Of a stretch of 64,000 nucleotides of DNA, positions 11,601-25,500 are shown in pieces. Location: the NCBI GenBank assembly GCA_034780895.1, contig JAUZTB010000072.1, positions 13,539,816 through 13,603,815 of the forward strand, in the 5' to 3' direction. A program made the translations under genes and the position numbers. The notes below the pieces were generated by a model that was not told the origin of the DNA, made no database searches, and saw only the letters and a program-made list of their open reading frames with translations. This DNA comes from Rhynchobatus australiae. Lineage: Eukaryota. The first letter of the stretch is position 1. Each line of letters begins with the position of its first letter.

Positions 11601-14600
11601 ATTAAATTCTTCAAGTGACCACTTAGTTGCACTATCCCAATGCTTCAAACTAGGTGGCTTATTGCAATAGCAAAATGGAGTTTGGGGGGNNNNNNNNNNN
11701 NNNNNNNNNNNNNNNNNNNNNNNNNNNNNNNNNNNNNNNNNNNNNNNNNNNNNNNNNNNNNNNNNNNNNNNNNNNNNNNNNNNNNNNNNNNNNNNNNNNN
11801 NNNNNNNNNNNNNNNNNNNNNNNNNNNNNNNNNNNNNNNNNNNNNNNNNNNNNNNNNNNNNNNNNNNNNNNNNNNNNNNNNNNNNNNNNNNNNNNNNNNN
11901 NNNNNNNNNNNNNNNNNNNNNNNNNNNNNNNNNNNNNNNNNNNNNNNNNNNNNNNNNNNNNNNNNNNNNNNNNNNNNNNNNNNNNNNNNNNNNNNNNNNN
12001 NNNNNNNNNNNNNNNNNNNNNNNNNNNNNNNNNNNNNNNNNNNNNNNNNNNNNNNNNNNNNNNNNNNNNNNNNNNNNNNNNNNNNNNNNNNNNNNNNNNN
12101 NNNNNNNNNNNNNNNNNNNNNNNNNNAAAAGGATGCTGGAAGTCTAAAATTAAACACTGAAAATGTTGGGAACACTCAAGTCAGGCAGCATCTGTGGAAA
12201 GAGAAAGTTAACATTTCTCTTTCCACAATAAGAAATGTTAACTGTTTCTTTTGAATTGAAGCAGAACTGTGGTCTGTTCCAAAACCAAGTTTCACTCTAT
12301 TCAGATACAAATTATGAAATTAAATATAAACAACCTACAAGTACAAATTGGAAGGTCCATTTTCACTTAGTTTGTCAAATTACTTGACAACTTGTCTGTT
12401 TCCTAGGAAATAAACCACAAAGAAATAACCCCCTTAACAAGATGCTAGAGCAAATCCAAGTCACACATAATGCAGGTATAAATATTTGGCTGAGCGAGAG
12501 CCCAGATCAACTTGGTAATTAAAGTACATTTAAAGTACCCTATGGTTTCCGTGGGGGAAAAAAAAAGCATGAAATTTGATCTCCGAAAGTTTAGGAAAAC
12601 CCAGTAATTTGACATCATATAGAATTTAGCTTATTTGGTCACGAAAGTAGCCCTGATTACGATAATCTTTAAAAAAAAGCTGCAAAATTTAAAACATGGA
12701 TCCACACACCCTTGTCTGTCAACCAGCAGCTGATCTCTCACATTATGAGATGTACCTCTGTTACTTTTGACTTATGAATTAGCCCAATGTTTTAAGTGTG
12801 TTATGTGAGCAAGGTTAAATAAACATAAGAGGCGAGAGTTTAACTGCAAATGGAACTTCCTCCTCACACCACATTAACAATACAGCTCACTGTACACAAG
12901 TATTAACTCTCATCACTTTATAATTACTCTTATTTTCACCCACAAATATTTTACTGGATATCTGGGAATATTGTTAACATTTCTCTATATTGTTCAGTTC
13001 ACTGACCTTTAACAAGATCCCCTTTCCAATGAGGTATTCCTACTGAAAGAATTCTGGAAGGCCCTGCAAGAACAAGTTTTGTGCCAACAATTCCAAACAT
13101 AACAGGGGCCTGATTTCAGTAACACAGCCTGGGACAGTGAAGGGGAGGGCTAGGTTTTAACCAGTTGGAGAGGAAGTGGAATGTTACTTTAGAAACTCTG
13201 AACCAGAGACATGAACATTTTTTTTACAAGACAAGGCAATCCTTATGTAGATGCACTCGAAAGGTTCATTTAGGACTTGCTCCATTCTTTGCCAAAAACC
13301 TTGTGGATCTCATTATCATTGCCTGCGTGTTACATCTTCAGAAATCTCACTTGGTTTTTATGCCAGCCCATTTCCCTAATCCATCTTTTAATCTGTGCCA
13401 CAAACAGTTCTAGATCTAGGTCTGACCTAAAGATGACCTTTCGCCATTATGTCAGCAATTGTGGAGGGTTGCATCCGGACTTTGTTAGATCAGATTCAAT
13501 CTGTGGTCTTGTTATGCTGGTGTATGTAGTGTGCAATGTTCTTTCAGCCCATTTTTGATTCTTCTAACCCAAACAAACTGAACATGGCATCCTCCAGAGT
13601 CCTTTCACAACCAGATTTCACTGTCACTTTATTTTGCCCTTACAATAACAGTGTTTGCAAACAAACTTCTCCTCAATTAATGACCTCAAAGACAATAAGA
13701 TCCCACAAATATCATTATTTCACACTGCATTTCACACCAGTGCCAGCTTTCTGAAGTAATCTAGGATACATGCACGTCACTGTACAGCTTTCTTTTTGGT
13801 TTACCATCAAACATATGGGCTTTGAAATCAATAACTGCAAGAAACAAAACCAGAGTTTGATTTTAAAAACCTGATTACATTTCCTGGTTAGAATTATAAA
13901 AATAATAGTTGCTTGACTGATCCTGTGCTTAAAAACACATTTGCACCTCTTCATAGGAATGCAAATCTCCTGTCCAGTACTTACCTTAAACAGTCTGTTT
14001 TGAAAACTTCATCCTAGAAACAGTTCCGTGGGCATTACCTTGACTAAGGACACCTGTACTGAACAATGAACACCAGGCTACCTGACTAGGTGGTGGCAGG
14101 AAACAATATTAGCAGGAATACAATTCATTCCTTGCCCATTTCTAATGATTACTGAACATCCAAATAAGGAAAATAAACCCTTATCAAATGTTTCCTCCCT
14201 ACTGTGGGTACACTCAGGCCATTGTAGAGTTGAAATTACATTAAAAGAATGACCTTTTTGGTTTGAATACCACATCATAGAGTTCATTAACCCACAGAAC
14301 CAGTGGGATGTCAGCTACTTTATCATTTACAAAATGAGTGTCAGGCAATCATTTCAGTCAGGCCAGTTTCATGAACACCAGAGATCAGAATCAGTCAGTC
14401 CACTGATGTACCAATTTGCATGGAAACACCTCACCAATTTACAAACAAATCTGGGAAGAAGTTACACAAGGAAAAAAATACTTAGCTTGAGATTTAACAA
14501 ATGCCCAGGTTTAACTGAATATTGCCCATTATAAAAATTTTAAAATAGCTTTAGGGCCTGAAATCTTGCTGTTTTTAAACCACGACTATTAGTAACATTT

Positions 14601-15183
14601 GAAGCCTATTCAATCTCAGTCCAAATCAACTGAGCTGAGCTAGGCGCCTCAGTCAGATAATCTGATGACTGTTAAAATGCAAGGCTGGCTGTGCTAGCAG
14701 CTGTTTAGGAGTGAGGCAGCTAATTCTTTTTCCAAGCACTGGTTGAAATGTACCAAAATTCATTAACCTCATCCCCAACCCCCACAAAAAGCAGTTTTTT
14801 TTGTTCGCAGGCAGACATACACAGAATGTACACATACAAATACATACACGTGCGCACATGCGCAAACACAAGACAGATGGCTGCATCAGCTCGCATGCGA
14901 GCCACAAAAAGAAACAAAAAACACACGTGCCCTTTTAACATTAGATGGATCTAGAAACAGTTTTCTAGAAATTGTAGAAAATAAAGGCAATGCCTTGAAA
15001 AAATATTAAGAGTATGTACTAGTGATGGGCCATAACTGCAACACCTTGCTTTGGTGTCATACAGCAGGTTGCAGATGCACACAACCACTAGAAAGGAGAC
15101 AAAGTACCAAACCCTCAGGTTCCACTAATTGGCCTCAAAACCTTCCAACTTTCCCAAGGAACATTTAATTTGACTGAAACCAT

Positions 15184-15189
15184 TTTATT
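15184..15189 (-). terminator. Candidate SZRD1 polyadenylation signal (AATAAA), ~1.26 kb past the stop
   Basis: TTTATT on the plus strand, with TTTAAT (ATTAAA) nearby at ~15166; further candidates at 13628 and 11444. Confidence 0.35.
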
Positions 15190-16264
15190 TCCCTTTAAAA
15201 TTTTCATTTATTTCTGTCCTTCTCTCTTCTTCCTCTTCATAAAACTGGGGAGGCTGTCAGATAGAACACCTCTGAAAACCTGCCCAGTTTCTGACAATAT
15301 GACTGCTCTGCACAGAACCATAATGGGAGCAGCATTAACTATAAGCATGGCCTTTGCCAAAACATCCTCTTAAAAAAGAGATTTTCTACTACTGCAAGTT
15401 ATACCTATCCTGCAGGTTATATCAAAAACCAACACGCACAAAGCATGGCTGGTGAATTTGAGCATAAGGCAGTGCTGGAATAAGATCACATGACTACAAC
15501 GTTATGCAGTTAACACCTTAAGTGCTACCCTAATGGGCCATATTTTAATCTCACCATCATAAGAGTTTTTGATTTAAAACTAAATCCTGGAATTGAGATG
15601 CTGCAGTTAACCACTTTCAGATGTGAGATATAGTAACATTCATGGCCACTATTAGAGCCGCTCTCTTTTCTCACTCCCCCCCCTCTGCGACCAGTTTTCC
15701 GTTAACCAACGGACTTGTGCTCCTACTATTGAGGGAGGACAAGAATCTGACAGGAATTGGCTGCGCACCAGGCCACCGACACAGCAGTTGTGTTCCATAG
15801 TGCATCTCATGGTTGCTGTGCCAAACAGCCCAAGCCTGTTGTCCACAATCCTTTCGTGGATCATCTTATGTTCTTGNNNNNNNNNNNNNNNNNNNNNNNN
15901 NNNNNNNNNNNNNNNNNNNNNNNNNNNNNNNATAATTTTAAAATGGATGCATTTGATGGATTTTTGACATACATTGCTTCGCAAGGTAATTAGCCTTGTG
16001 CAACTATCCTGCAGTAATGGATTAGATGAAAAGAAACCAAAACAATCCTGTGAAGTGTATGATGAGAGAAAACAGCACCCATCACTAATACATAGTCAAA
16101 TTCTTTCCTGAAATTAAAAGATAAACTATTGAACATTCTTAAACAGTATTATTGCTGGAGCAAATTTCTGATTAGAAATGGCACACAATATATTCTTGGC
16201 CAGTCTGATTGCAAGAAACCTCCCCTTCATGGTTTCCTTGGAGAGCTCACAGCAGTGTGCCAAC

Positions 16265-16338
16265 CACAGTGGGCGGAGCAGGGGTCACAGTGCGCAAGGA
16301 GAAAGGTCACAGTGGGCGGAGCAAGGGGGATCACAGTG
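16265..16338 (-). promoter_or_regulatory. Cluster of four miR-128/miR-27 seed-match sites in the SZRD1 3'UTR
   Basis: Plus-strand CACAGTG at 16265 and TCACAGTG at 16285, 16307 and 16331 = mRNA CACUGUG(A), 110-180 nt past the stop. Confidence 0.75.
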
Positions 16339-16446
16339 CAAGAAAAGCAGATCAGGTCCTCTGCTTGAGTCCGTTTTCTCTGTCCAACACTGCACGCTCA
16401 GTCATGGAGAGTTCTGTTTTATAAAGTGCGCTCTCTGGCGCACGTT

Positions 16447-16549
16447 TTATCTGCGTTGTTTGAAGCCTTGTGTACCATCAGGACCCAGGGGTTGTCGAAT
16501 TACACTGCTCTGTTGCCTGTTCTCCTCCAGTTGGGTGATCCTGGTTGGC
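16447..16549 (-). CDS. SZRD1: SZRD1 coding exon 4 (SUZ-C, stop)
   Basis: Acceptor [47 protein letters not shown]. Confidence 0.95.
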
Positions 16550-19500
16550 CTGAAAAACAAAAGGTTTAACATCAGAAAGAGACAGGAGATAATGTCAGGT
16601 TATGATTGTTGTTTTTAAACTATCTACTGCTATAACTAAGAAAAGTAGGTTCATTGGTCAATTTAAATGAAGAGTCAGGTTCAGTAATAGTTTTGATCCC
16701 AAACGGGTTGTGTGATGCACACTGATAGGTTCTTGAATACTTTCAAGATGCTTTATTAACACATGGATATTTCACCAAGTGCATCATAACAGCAGCACAT
16801 TATGGAATGCCCAGCCTGGACTCCACCTAACATCCATCACATTTAAATAGCATGAATACTAACTTCATAATTCAACCATAACTGTACATGAGTCATCATA
16901 TTCTTGCTTCCTTGCAAGGGTCTACTTGCATGAGGGTTTCTATATCAAACCATGAAAGATTTTTAAAGAAAATGCCTACTTTGAGCACAATATGCAATGA
17001 TAGATGAGACAACATTGGAGGGAAGGGAATCTGGTTGAACATTAACACAGCAATGATGTCAGCACAACCTGTCTTCTTCACAAGCCTCAAGCTTCAACTC
17101 CCTTTGGAATCAGCTGGAAAATTAGGCAGATCAATGACAAATGATAACGCTGTAGGGAGTGTTGATGAACATAGAGACCTTGGGGTGCAAGTCCACAGAT
17201 CCCTGAAAATGGCAGCACAGCTGGATAAGGTGAAGGCACCACAGACTGCAAAAGCTGGGCTGACACGTTACAGCTTTATAAAACATTAGTTAGGCCACAC
17301 CTGGACTATTGTGTGCAGGTCTAGTCACTGTACTCTAGGAAGTATACAACTGGAGTAGAGAGGGTGCAGAGGATAATCACCAGGATGTCGCCTGAATTGG
17401 AGCATTATGGTTGTAGGAAGAGACTGGATAAGCTGGGTTTGTTTCTCCTGAAATGGAGGCAGAAGCATGACTTTATAGGAGCTACAGAAAATTATACAGG
17501 GATAGACAGCAATCTTTTTCCTGTGGTGGGAGTGTCAAAGACAAGAGAGTATAGGTTTAAGATGAGGTAGGATGTTTAGAGGGGATTTGAGGGGGAATTT
17601 TTTCCCTCCGTCACAGGTGGTTGGAGTCTGGAATGCATTGCCTGAAGAGGAGGTGCAGTCAGATAGTCTAATTTAAGCATCTAGATAAGTACTTGAATCA
17701 GCAAGGCATAGAAGGTTACAGACCTAACGTTGGAAAAATGGGATTAGTGTAGGTACGGTGGGCAGCATGGACATAGTGGGCCAGAAGAACACATTTCTGT
17801 GCTGTATGATTACAACTCCATGACAATTGCTTTGGCACACACCTGAAGGACAGGTTGCAAAATAGTTTGTTCACCACATCAAATTTAGCCAATGTTTTTG
17901 AAAACTGTACAAATCACTGCTGGGCAAAGGATTAACTCATCAACTACCATAATGAAAAGCTTTCTTCATTCTTTAGACAGCNNNNNNNNNNNNNNNNNNN
18001 NNNNNNNNNNNNNNNNNNNNNNNNNNNNNNNNNNNNNNNNNNNNNNNNNNNNNNNNNNNNNNNNNNNNNNNNNNNNNNNNNTAATGAAAAGCTTTCTTCA
18101 TTCTTTAGACAGCATCCCCAACATAAAGGAGCTTTATCCAGTGGTACACACAGAATATCTTACAGCAGCCTGCCTAGCTCCTATTTACAGATACATTCCG
18201 TGACCAAACAGAACAGTTAATATTGGAAAATGCATTAACTACTTCATTTGCCCAGTTCTCATTTGCAAATAATACATTATGTTCATGTCTCAAAAGGAAC
18301 AAAAATAACTTTAAAACTTGAAATGTGGCGATGGTAACCTTACTAGCACATCTATTCACTATTTCAACATAGAAAGATTATTTGAGGCTGTAATTTGCCA
18401 GAAAAAAAAAATTACAGCAAGGACACTTCACATTCCTCCTCGTGCCCCCCCTCCACCTCCCAAATCTACATCTTTAAACCCCATTTTGAGATTCTCTTCA
18501 TCAGTAAATGGCAAAGGTTAGACTATTCTTAAATTATACAATAGGTTGTTTAAAATAATAAATCTTTCCTTGGGCATCCTTCTATACTTTCTCCCTATCC
18601 CCAACCACATACGGCAATGAAGAGGAACAAGCTATTTTGTTTCAAAATCACTGATGTAGAATACTTTCTATAAATTGTAATCTCAATTCCCCCAAGCTAT
18701 TGGGTTCCACTAATCATTAGGAAGATTAGTTCCCCACCTTAGCATTTTGAAAAATGGAACAGATGATATCATCGCTTTCAGATTATGTCATTTATGTACA
18801 CTATGTCCATGTTATCTGCTGACTTAATGTCTGTAGACACATGTACTCATAAGGTCAACCATGTATTACTGGTGTGTTGGTAAACATCACCCAGTCCTCC
18901 AAAGCCTTCTCATATGGGGCCCAGTAAAATTTATTTGCTATCAGATGGATTGTATTTGATGTTGCGCTGGCAAAGAGTGAAATGTCAATGGGCCAAACAT
19001 CAAATGTGTGTGACCAGAGCCAGGGTCGGGAACATAGGCAGAGGAAAGTGGATAGATTTGTAAGCTGGAGCCAGGGTCCGGAGTGTTTGGTTCAATTTAT
19101 TTTAACAAACTGAAAAATAAGCTGCATTATACACAGAAGTTTTTACATCCACAGGGGATGTATGTCGTTGCAGCCATCTTCACTTTTTTGTTACTGGGGG
19201 AAAGTCTGTGCACTATCCTTCAAATAACAAGGACTTACTGTATATTGAACCACCAGCCAGGAATTACTCCCTGAATTCAGAAGAGCTATCTGAAGGAGAA
19301 CCGCACCAACTGGTTATTTGACTTCAAAGAACACAAATTTAATTTGATTCTCATTCATTGTCCATATACGTACATGTTCCAGCAGAAGTCAATATGTGGG
19401 ATTAAGCTTCATAGATCATCTGGTGACACCAGTCACTTACAGGTTCAGGACTGATTGTCTGTTCTTCAATTAGCCAATATTGTTATGCTCCAAAAACATT

Positions 19501-22500
19501 TCTACTCAAGAGCTTTATTAAGAAACATGGCTAGCCTTACCACCCATCCATCAGTAGATCTTGCCAACTAACTGACTATAAACAGGCTTTCTCCCCCTTC
19601 CTTCTTGCTTATTTTTGGCATTGGAAATTATTCCCAATGATCCTCTAGTAAACCTGTTAAGACCAATTCCTTCCCGAGGGTGAATAGACACACAATATGC
19701 TCAGACCAAAAGATAATAATAAAAGTACAAAATTTTGGGGGAATTCTGAAACAAGATATTGAACAAACTGATGCCTCTACTCAATACAGCAAATATCTTC
19801 AATACTTGGCTCATCGATATAAAGACACAGCTCCTCCTGGTCTTGTGGAAATTGCAGACTTCTGCAGAAAGAGCAAGTGGTGGCTGACAGGTCATGTGAG
19901 TGGGTAGTTTGGAGGTGGTCTGCTCATTCTGCCACTTAGAGAGTTTCTCTGTGTAGTCTTTATGAATGGCCTTGAATGTCATCCCGAATACTCCTCCTCC
20001 AGTATTAAACAGTAATGGGAGAGAGATTCCCCAGAGTCAGTGGGGATGTTGTGAGCAACTTCTTGAACCTTCTGACTTCCTCGTAATTTCTAGAACAACT
20101 GTTTCAGGAGTCGGGTGCCAAGCAAACAAATAATGTGGCCTGCCCAACATAACCAACTCTGTAACTATGACCTCAACACTGGGGGTATTGGCCCAGGAGA
20201 GAACAATAACAATGGTTTGCTAATCCTCCCTGTGATTTTGCCAAAACAGCATTGGTGGTATCTTTCCAGTGCCCTAAGATGACTGCTGCAAGTACTCCAG
20301 GTCTCAGAAACCTGTTATAGGAGTTGTAAATTTGTAAAGAGAACCCTCTTCACTGCAGGCCTCATCTCAGGTAATCACTTGCATGAGATAAAATTGAAGA
20401 ATTATGAATACCATAATGAAAATCAAGCTCAATTTGAGAATCAGTTACTACAAGATCATAAACACAGAACTTTGTGGAGTTTAAAACAAAAATCACATGC
20501 TGAAGGGAGCTCCAAATGCCTTGTGTTTACCTGTCAGGGTTGGCTTTATCCTCCTCTTCAGGACTCGCACTCCCAAGGATCCTTTTTCGTGCCTCTGCAT
20601 ATTCAGCTTCTCTCTGAGCCAGTGATTTGACTTGTGGCAGAGGCCGTGTAGCAGAGTGTGGTGTATTTACCACCCCATTACTTGTCGGTCTCTTCAGAAT
20701 GCGGATTGGTGGGGTGCAGGGTGTTGGGTGGAGGTCATCCTGTATGACGATGGGAACTTTAGGCGCCTGTTTCGATTTCCTGTTTAAATATGAAGAACAT
20801 TTAGATTTATCACATCCATTCAAATACTTTATAAAATGCTAAAGAGAATATAGCAGAACTGAATGTAACAGAACCACAGGCTTGAGCTATGCTGAGAAAT
20901 AAAGGCCACGGTAACACAGGAAATGTGTGATGTAAAAAACTGGTTGATACCACCAGCAGCCTATGTACTCATCCTTTTTAAAAGGCTAGGAGGATAATAG
21001 AGGGCAAAAGGTAAAAAAAAACAAAATCATTTCCATTGGCTCAGTTGGGTCAATAGTTAACAAAAGCACGGATGAGAGTTTCAGAATCAGATAAGCTGAG
21101 GCACAGATTCAGAAGGTCCCCATTCTGTGTCAAGCCTCCCAATTTGTATCCACATTCCAAAATCCAAGAGAACTGCATGGACCATCTCCAACCTCATTCC
21201 AGATATTCCATTCATGAATATTGACAAAATACAAATCCATCTATCCAGTTCTATACAACTTCAATAGCTTGTGTATCACAATATCCCACATGTACATATA
21301 TTCCAACTCTAACATGACAAAACTTCAAGGCTTTTTGCAAGAGATTAGAAATAAACAATACAAGGACTATCTAAAAAGAAAATTAGATTTAGGGGGAAAT
21401 CATCAGGCCATGGCAACTGAAATCATCCAGCCATTATCTGATGGAAGAGCAAATAAATTGCTAACGATCAAGGTATTAGAAATGAGGGGTGTAAATTCAC
21501 AAGGGTCATAGGCTGTCAAGGATGGGAGAGAGAGCAAACTGGGTCATGGACCGATTAAGGACGAGGGTGCAACGTGTCAATGAGCACAGGTGCAATGGAT
21601 AAAAGGGACTTGGTTTGAGTTGGGACAAGATTTTGGGCAAATTCAGAAAGTAGAAATGGAGGCTGGCTAAAAACAATTTTATTTAACAGGGACATAGAAG
21701 AGTTTTAGAATCAAATAAGCAGAGGCTGAGGTAAAACAGCAACATTAAAAAGATGGTAATATGCAGTCTTAATGAAAACCTTGTTACATCTACTCTAAAG
21801 CTCATCTTGGGGTCATTTGATACTAAACTTGTAATCTGGTTCAATTTGAGAAAGTGTCCAGGAAATCAAGTTTACTATAATGATGAAGGATGATGACTTG
21901 AGTTACTACCTCAAGTTAGAAGAAATTTCTGTTCACCCAGAGTTGACAATTTGAAAATAATTGGAAGAGTTAGTTGAGATGCTGACAAGCAGAGCAGTTA
22001 TTATTTAATTTCAGCTTTTGGGCATTTATACATTTTGTAATGACTTCATCTGTCATTTATAACAATAGATTCCTGTCCCCATGTCCAGAAGGTAGTCCAC
22101 TGTCCAGTAGAAAATAAGTAATATTAGTAAATAAGGTACAGTAACATGATGTGAACACAAATCTGAGGATACTGTTGATCCGATGATTGAGAGAGAGATT
22201 TGGATTTGGCTGCCAGATTGTTTGGTGGAAGTGGAAGGATGAGTGGAAAGGTTTGTTTAGATGAAGGGTCTTGACCTGAAATGTCAACTGTCCATTTCCC
22301 TCCATAGGTGCTGCCTAAGCTGCCGAGTTCCTCCAGCACTTTGTGTGTTCACATCATGTTACTCTATCTTATTTACTAATATATTATTTTCTATTGGACA
22401 GTGGACTACCTTCTGGACATAGGGGCAGGAATCTATTGTTATTAGACCATTCTCCACACAGAGGCTCGATTTCCAACAAGTGCAATTAAAGGATAATGAT

Positions 22501-25500
22501 CAGCTCTCAGCACATTTTTTGATTTTGGGTTTTTTTTGAACAAATTCCAGTTTTTAAACCACTGACATTCCCAGTTGAGTACAGCCCTAATATTAGAACC
22601 ACTTCCTTTTTCCAATCATCATGACTCATAGTATTGATAATGTTTCACATAATGCTTGAAAGGGACCCTTCCTCCATAAATAATACTCAAGATGCATGCA
22701 TCATTACCTTTCCAATTCACTGAAAATATTTTTTCCAAGCTAATTTATACGCGCTGATGGTTACCAATACATAATGAGCTGTTCCCATATACATTCCTTA
22801 CACCTAAACATGCAATCTGTTCTCAGTAGGCAAGAAATTTCTTCCAGTGCACTCTTTCGTTGCCTGAGCAAAAGTGTTTAAAGTCTCAAACACCACACAG
22901 AGCTACAAGGAAGGTGGTCTACAAGGAAGCAATAATCCCTGCTCACCTTTAAACTTTAGAGACATTCCCTATTGCAGACATTTCAGAGAACTGAAGCACT
23001 ACAAAGTGGTCTAGCAAAATCCTCCAAATCCACTGACAAGTGAACCAACAACAGCATCCTCTCCCAGGTCAACATCCCCAGGACAGGCTCCAATTACACT
23101 CCACTAGCTCTGATGCACAAGACTCCCAAAATAGCTATGCTATTCTGATTCAAGAATGTTTCCAAAGCTTCCTTGAAAATATCCACACCACATGACCACT
23201 CATTCAGAATGGCAGAGGGCCTCACATCTTTCATCAGCAGTATGCAGAAAAATGGGAAATGAGTACCATCTCCCATTCAATCTACCTGCTTGCCTGATCA
23301 AGTACTTTCAGCTCCAGCATTGTCAGCAAATCTCACTTTGGTTTCATCAGCTACATCAGAACCCGGGAGACTTCAGTGGAAACAAGTCATCCTCAACCCC
23401 AAGGGGCTGCCTAAGAAGATGACTGCAGAAGCTGGCCCAGATTATGCAAGAACTCTGTTTTCTACTCTGCAGAGAACTCTTCACATCAGAAAAGCAGGTC
23501 TGACACCAATGCGGCAGTAGCAAAATATTTACTCAGAGTCCATGCAAGTCTTCAAATCCTAGAAGGTGCAGCATAAACTCATGCCAGATACAACACTGTC
23601 ACAAAATGGGCAAATTGATACTTGCCTCATTGTCAAGATGGGTGTGGCCAAAGACTATTTGTGAGGAATTTTATTTTCCCTCCCTACCCACTGACCTTTA
23701 TTCGTGGAAGAGCATGCATCAGCATAATTCAGACGAAGCAACAACTTGCATCCAATTTACATAAAACAATACAAAAAAATCCAGTGGAAGTTCCCAATTT
23801 ACTAAAAAGAATTTCCATCTGATTTTTCCCTTACCGCCTCCTCTCTTGCACATAGTAAGAAGGGCTGGGGTTTACCACCAAATCCTGGCAACTATTCTTT
23901 AGCTTTGAGGTTCTAAAATTTCAACAACAAAATCCATTGCACCCAAGTCCAATCGAATCATCACTGTCAGTCCAGACATTTCAACAGAAGTGATAAAGAG
24001 GTACGGCAATACCCAAGGCCTACACAGAATTGGATCATCAACAGCCTCTCATAACAACTCTCTGGTGCAAACAATCAGCTCATTCATCCCTAATGTATCT
24101 GGAAAATGCAAGTCCAAGCAGATGGGCTCCACCTGCAGCAGGTCTGCTTAGCAGATCAGGTTCAAGACAATCCCATCCTATAAAGAATAATCAGCATGGA
24201 TTTCAGAGGAGAACATCATGTTCAACCAGATGGACTGAAGTTTTTTTTAAAAAAAACTAAAAGAGGCGATGAGATAATGCTTCATCTGAACGCCATGCCC
24301 ACATTCGATGCACCTCAGGATCAATAATCCAATATGTGGCCACTGGCAAGAATATTTACTCTCATCTGCCAACCAGCAACAATTCTTATGGAAACTCAAC
24401 TTGCAGGAATTGCAAGTGGATACCCAAGTCTGAAAACCCCATCTGGAAACCAGTACTCAAAAATAATTGCCTTGCCAAAATGTTTCCCTTCAACAAATCT
24501 GCTGCTCTCCTTTCTGGCAAATATCAACACTTCGGCTCTATTGGGTTTATGAACAGTGATGAGAAGAACGAACAGGCTATGTCACTGAAGACCAGCATAG
24601 CAAGTCAGATTTTACCCACTGTGTATTCCATGTAATTTCCAGCAATCAGCAAACTTTAATTTTTCAATTCTCCCCACGCGGAGAAAGAATAAAGGAGGCA
24701 AATCAAAAGTTTACAATATTGATAAAAATGAAAAAGCAAAGCCAAAATGAATTTACATCCTAAATCACTTTACAGCCAAAGTACTTTTAAATAGTCAAGT
24801 TATAATTCAAGAAATATGGATGCCAATTGTGAACAGCACATTTGCACAAAATACAATGTAATATGACCTATAATTAATATTACAAAAGCAAAGATAAACA
24901 TTGGTCAGGACACCAAGGAGAACAACTCTTCTTCGAAAGTAGTGTGTTAGAATTGTTTCCTGTTCACTCAAGGGCAGGGGTTCTCACCTTAATATTTCAT
25001 CCAAACAAAAACCTGTACCTTCAACACAGCAGCAGTTCATCATTGCTGCACTGGTGCATCAACCAAGATTTTTATGCTTAGGTCTCTAGAACAGTACTTG
25101 AACTTACAGCCTTCCCACTCAGATGATAATGCTATCAAATGAACCATGATTCACACCCAAAGATTATTAAATTAATGAACAGCAATGGCAAAACATTCTA
25201 AGAGGAGCAGTTTTACTGAAAAACAAATTATCAGAGCAACCCTCAGTGAGACAGCAGAGGCAAAAAGCTTTACATTTTTGGGGAAAACTATGTTAGATAA
25301 GCTTTAAAAAGCAGAAGAGATTGTTTGTACCAGCTAAGAATAAGTGACTGGGGCAGAAGCTGGTACTTTTATTAGTTTTACAGAATGAGGCAATTACCAC
25401 TCAAACCATCAGAGGGAGCCAATAAATAATTATTAGCAATTTTTCAGAAATAGTTCTTACTTTTCCTTCTGCTGGATCTTTAGTTTTGCTTCTAGCCGTC

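Noticed and set aside
17951-18113. ~31-bp direct repeat flanking a 100-N gap (also at 46337-46499)
   Set aside because: Exact duplication on both sides of a fixed-size gap indicates unmerged contig overlap, not a TSD or biological repeat.
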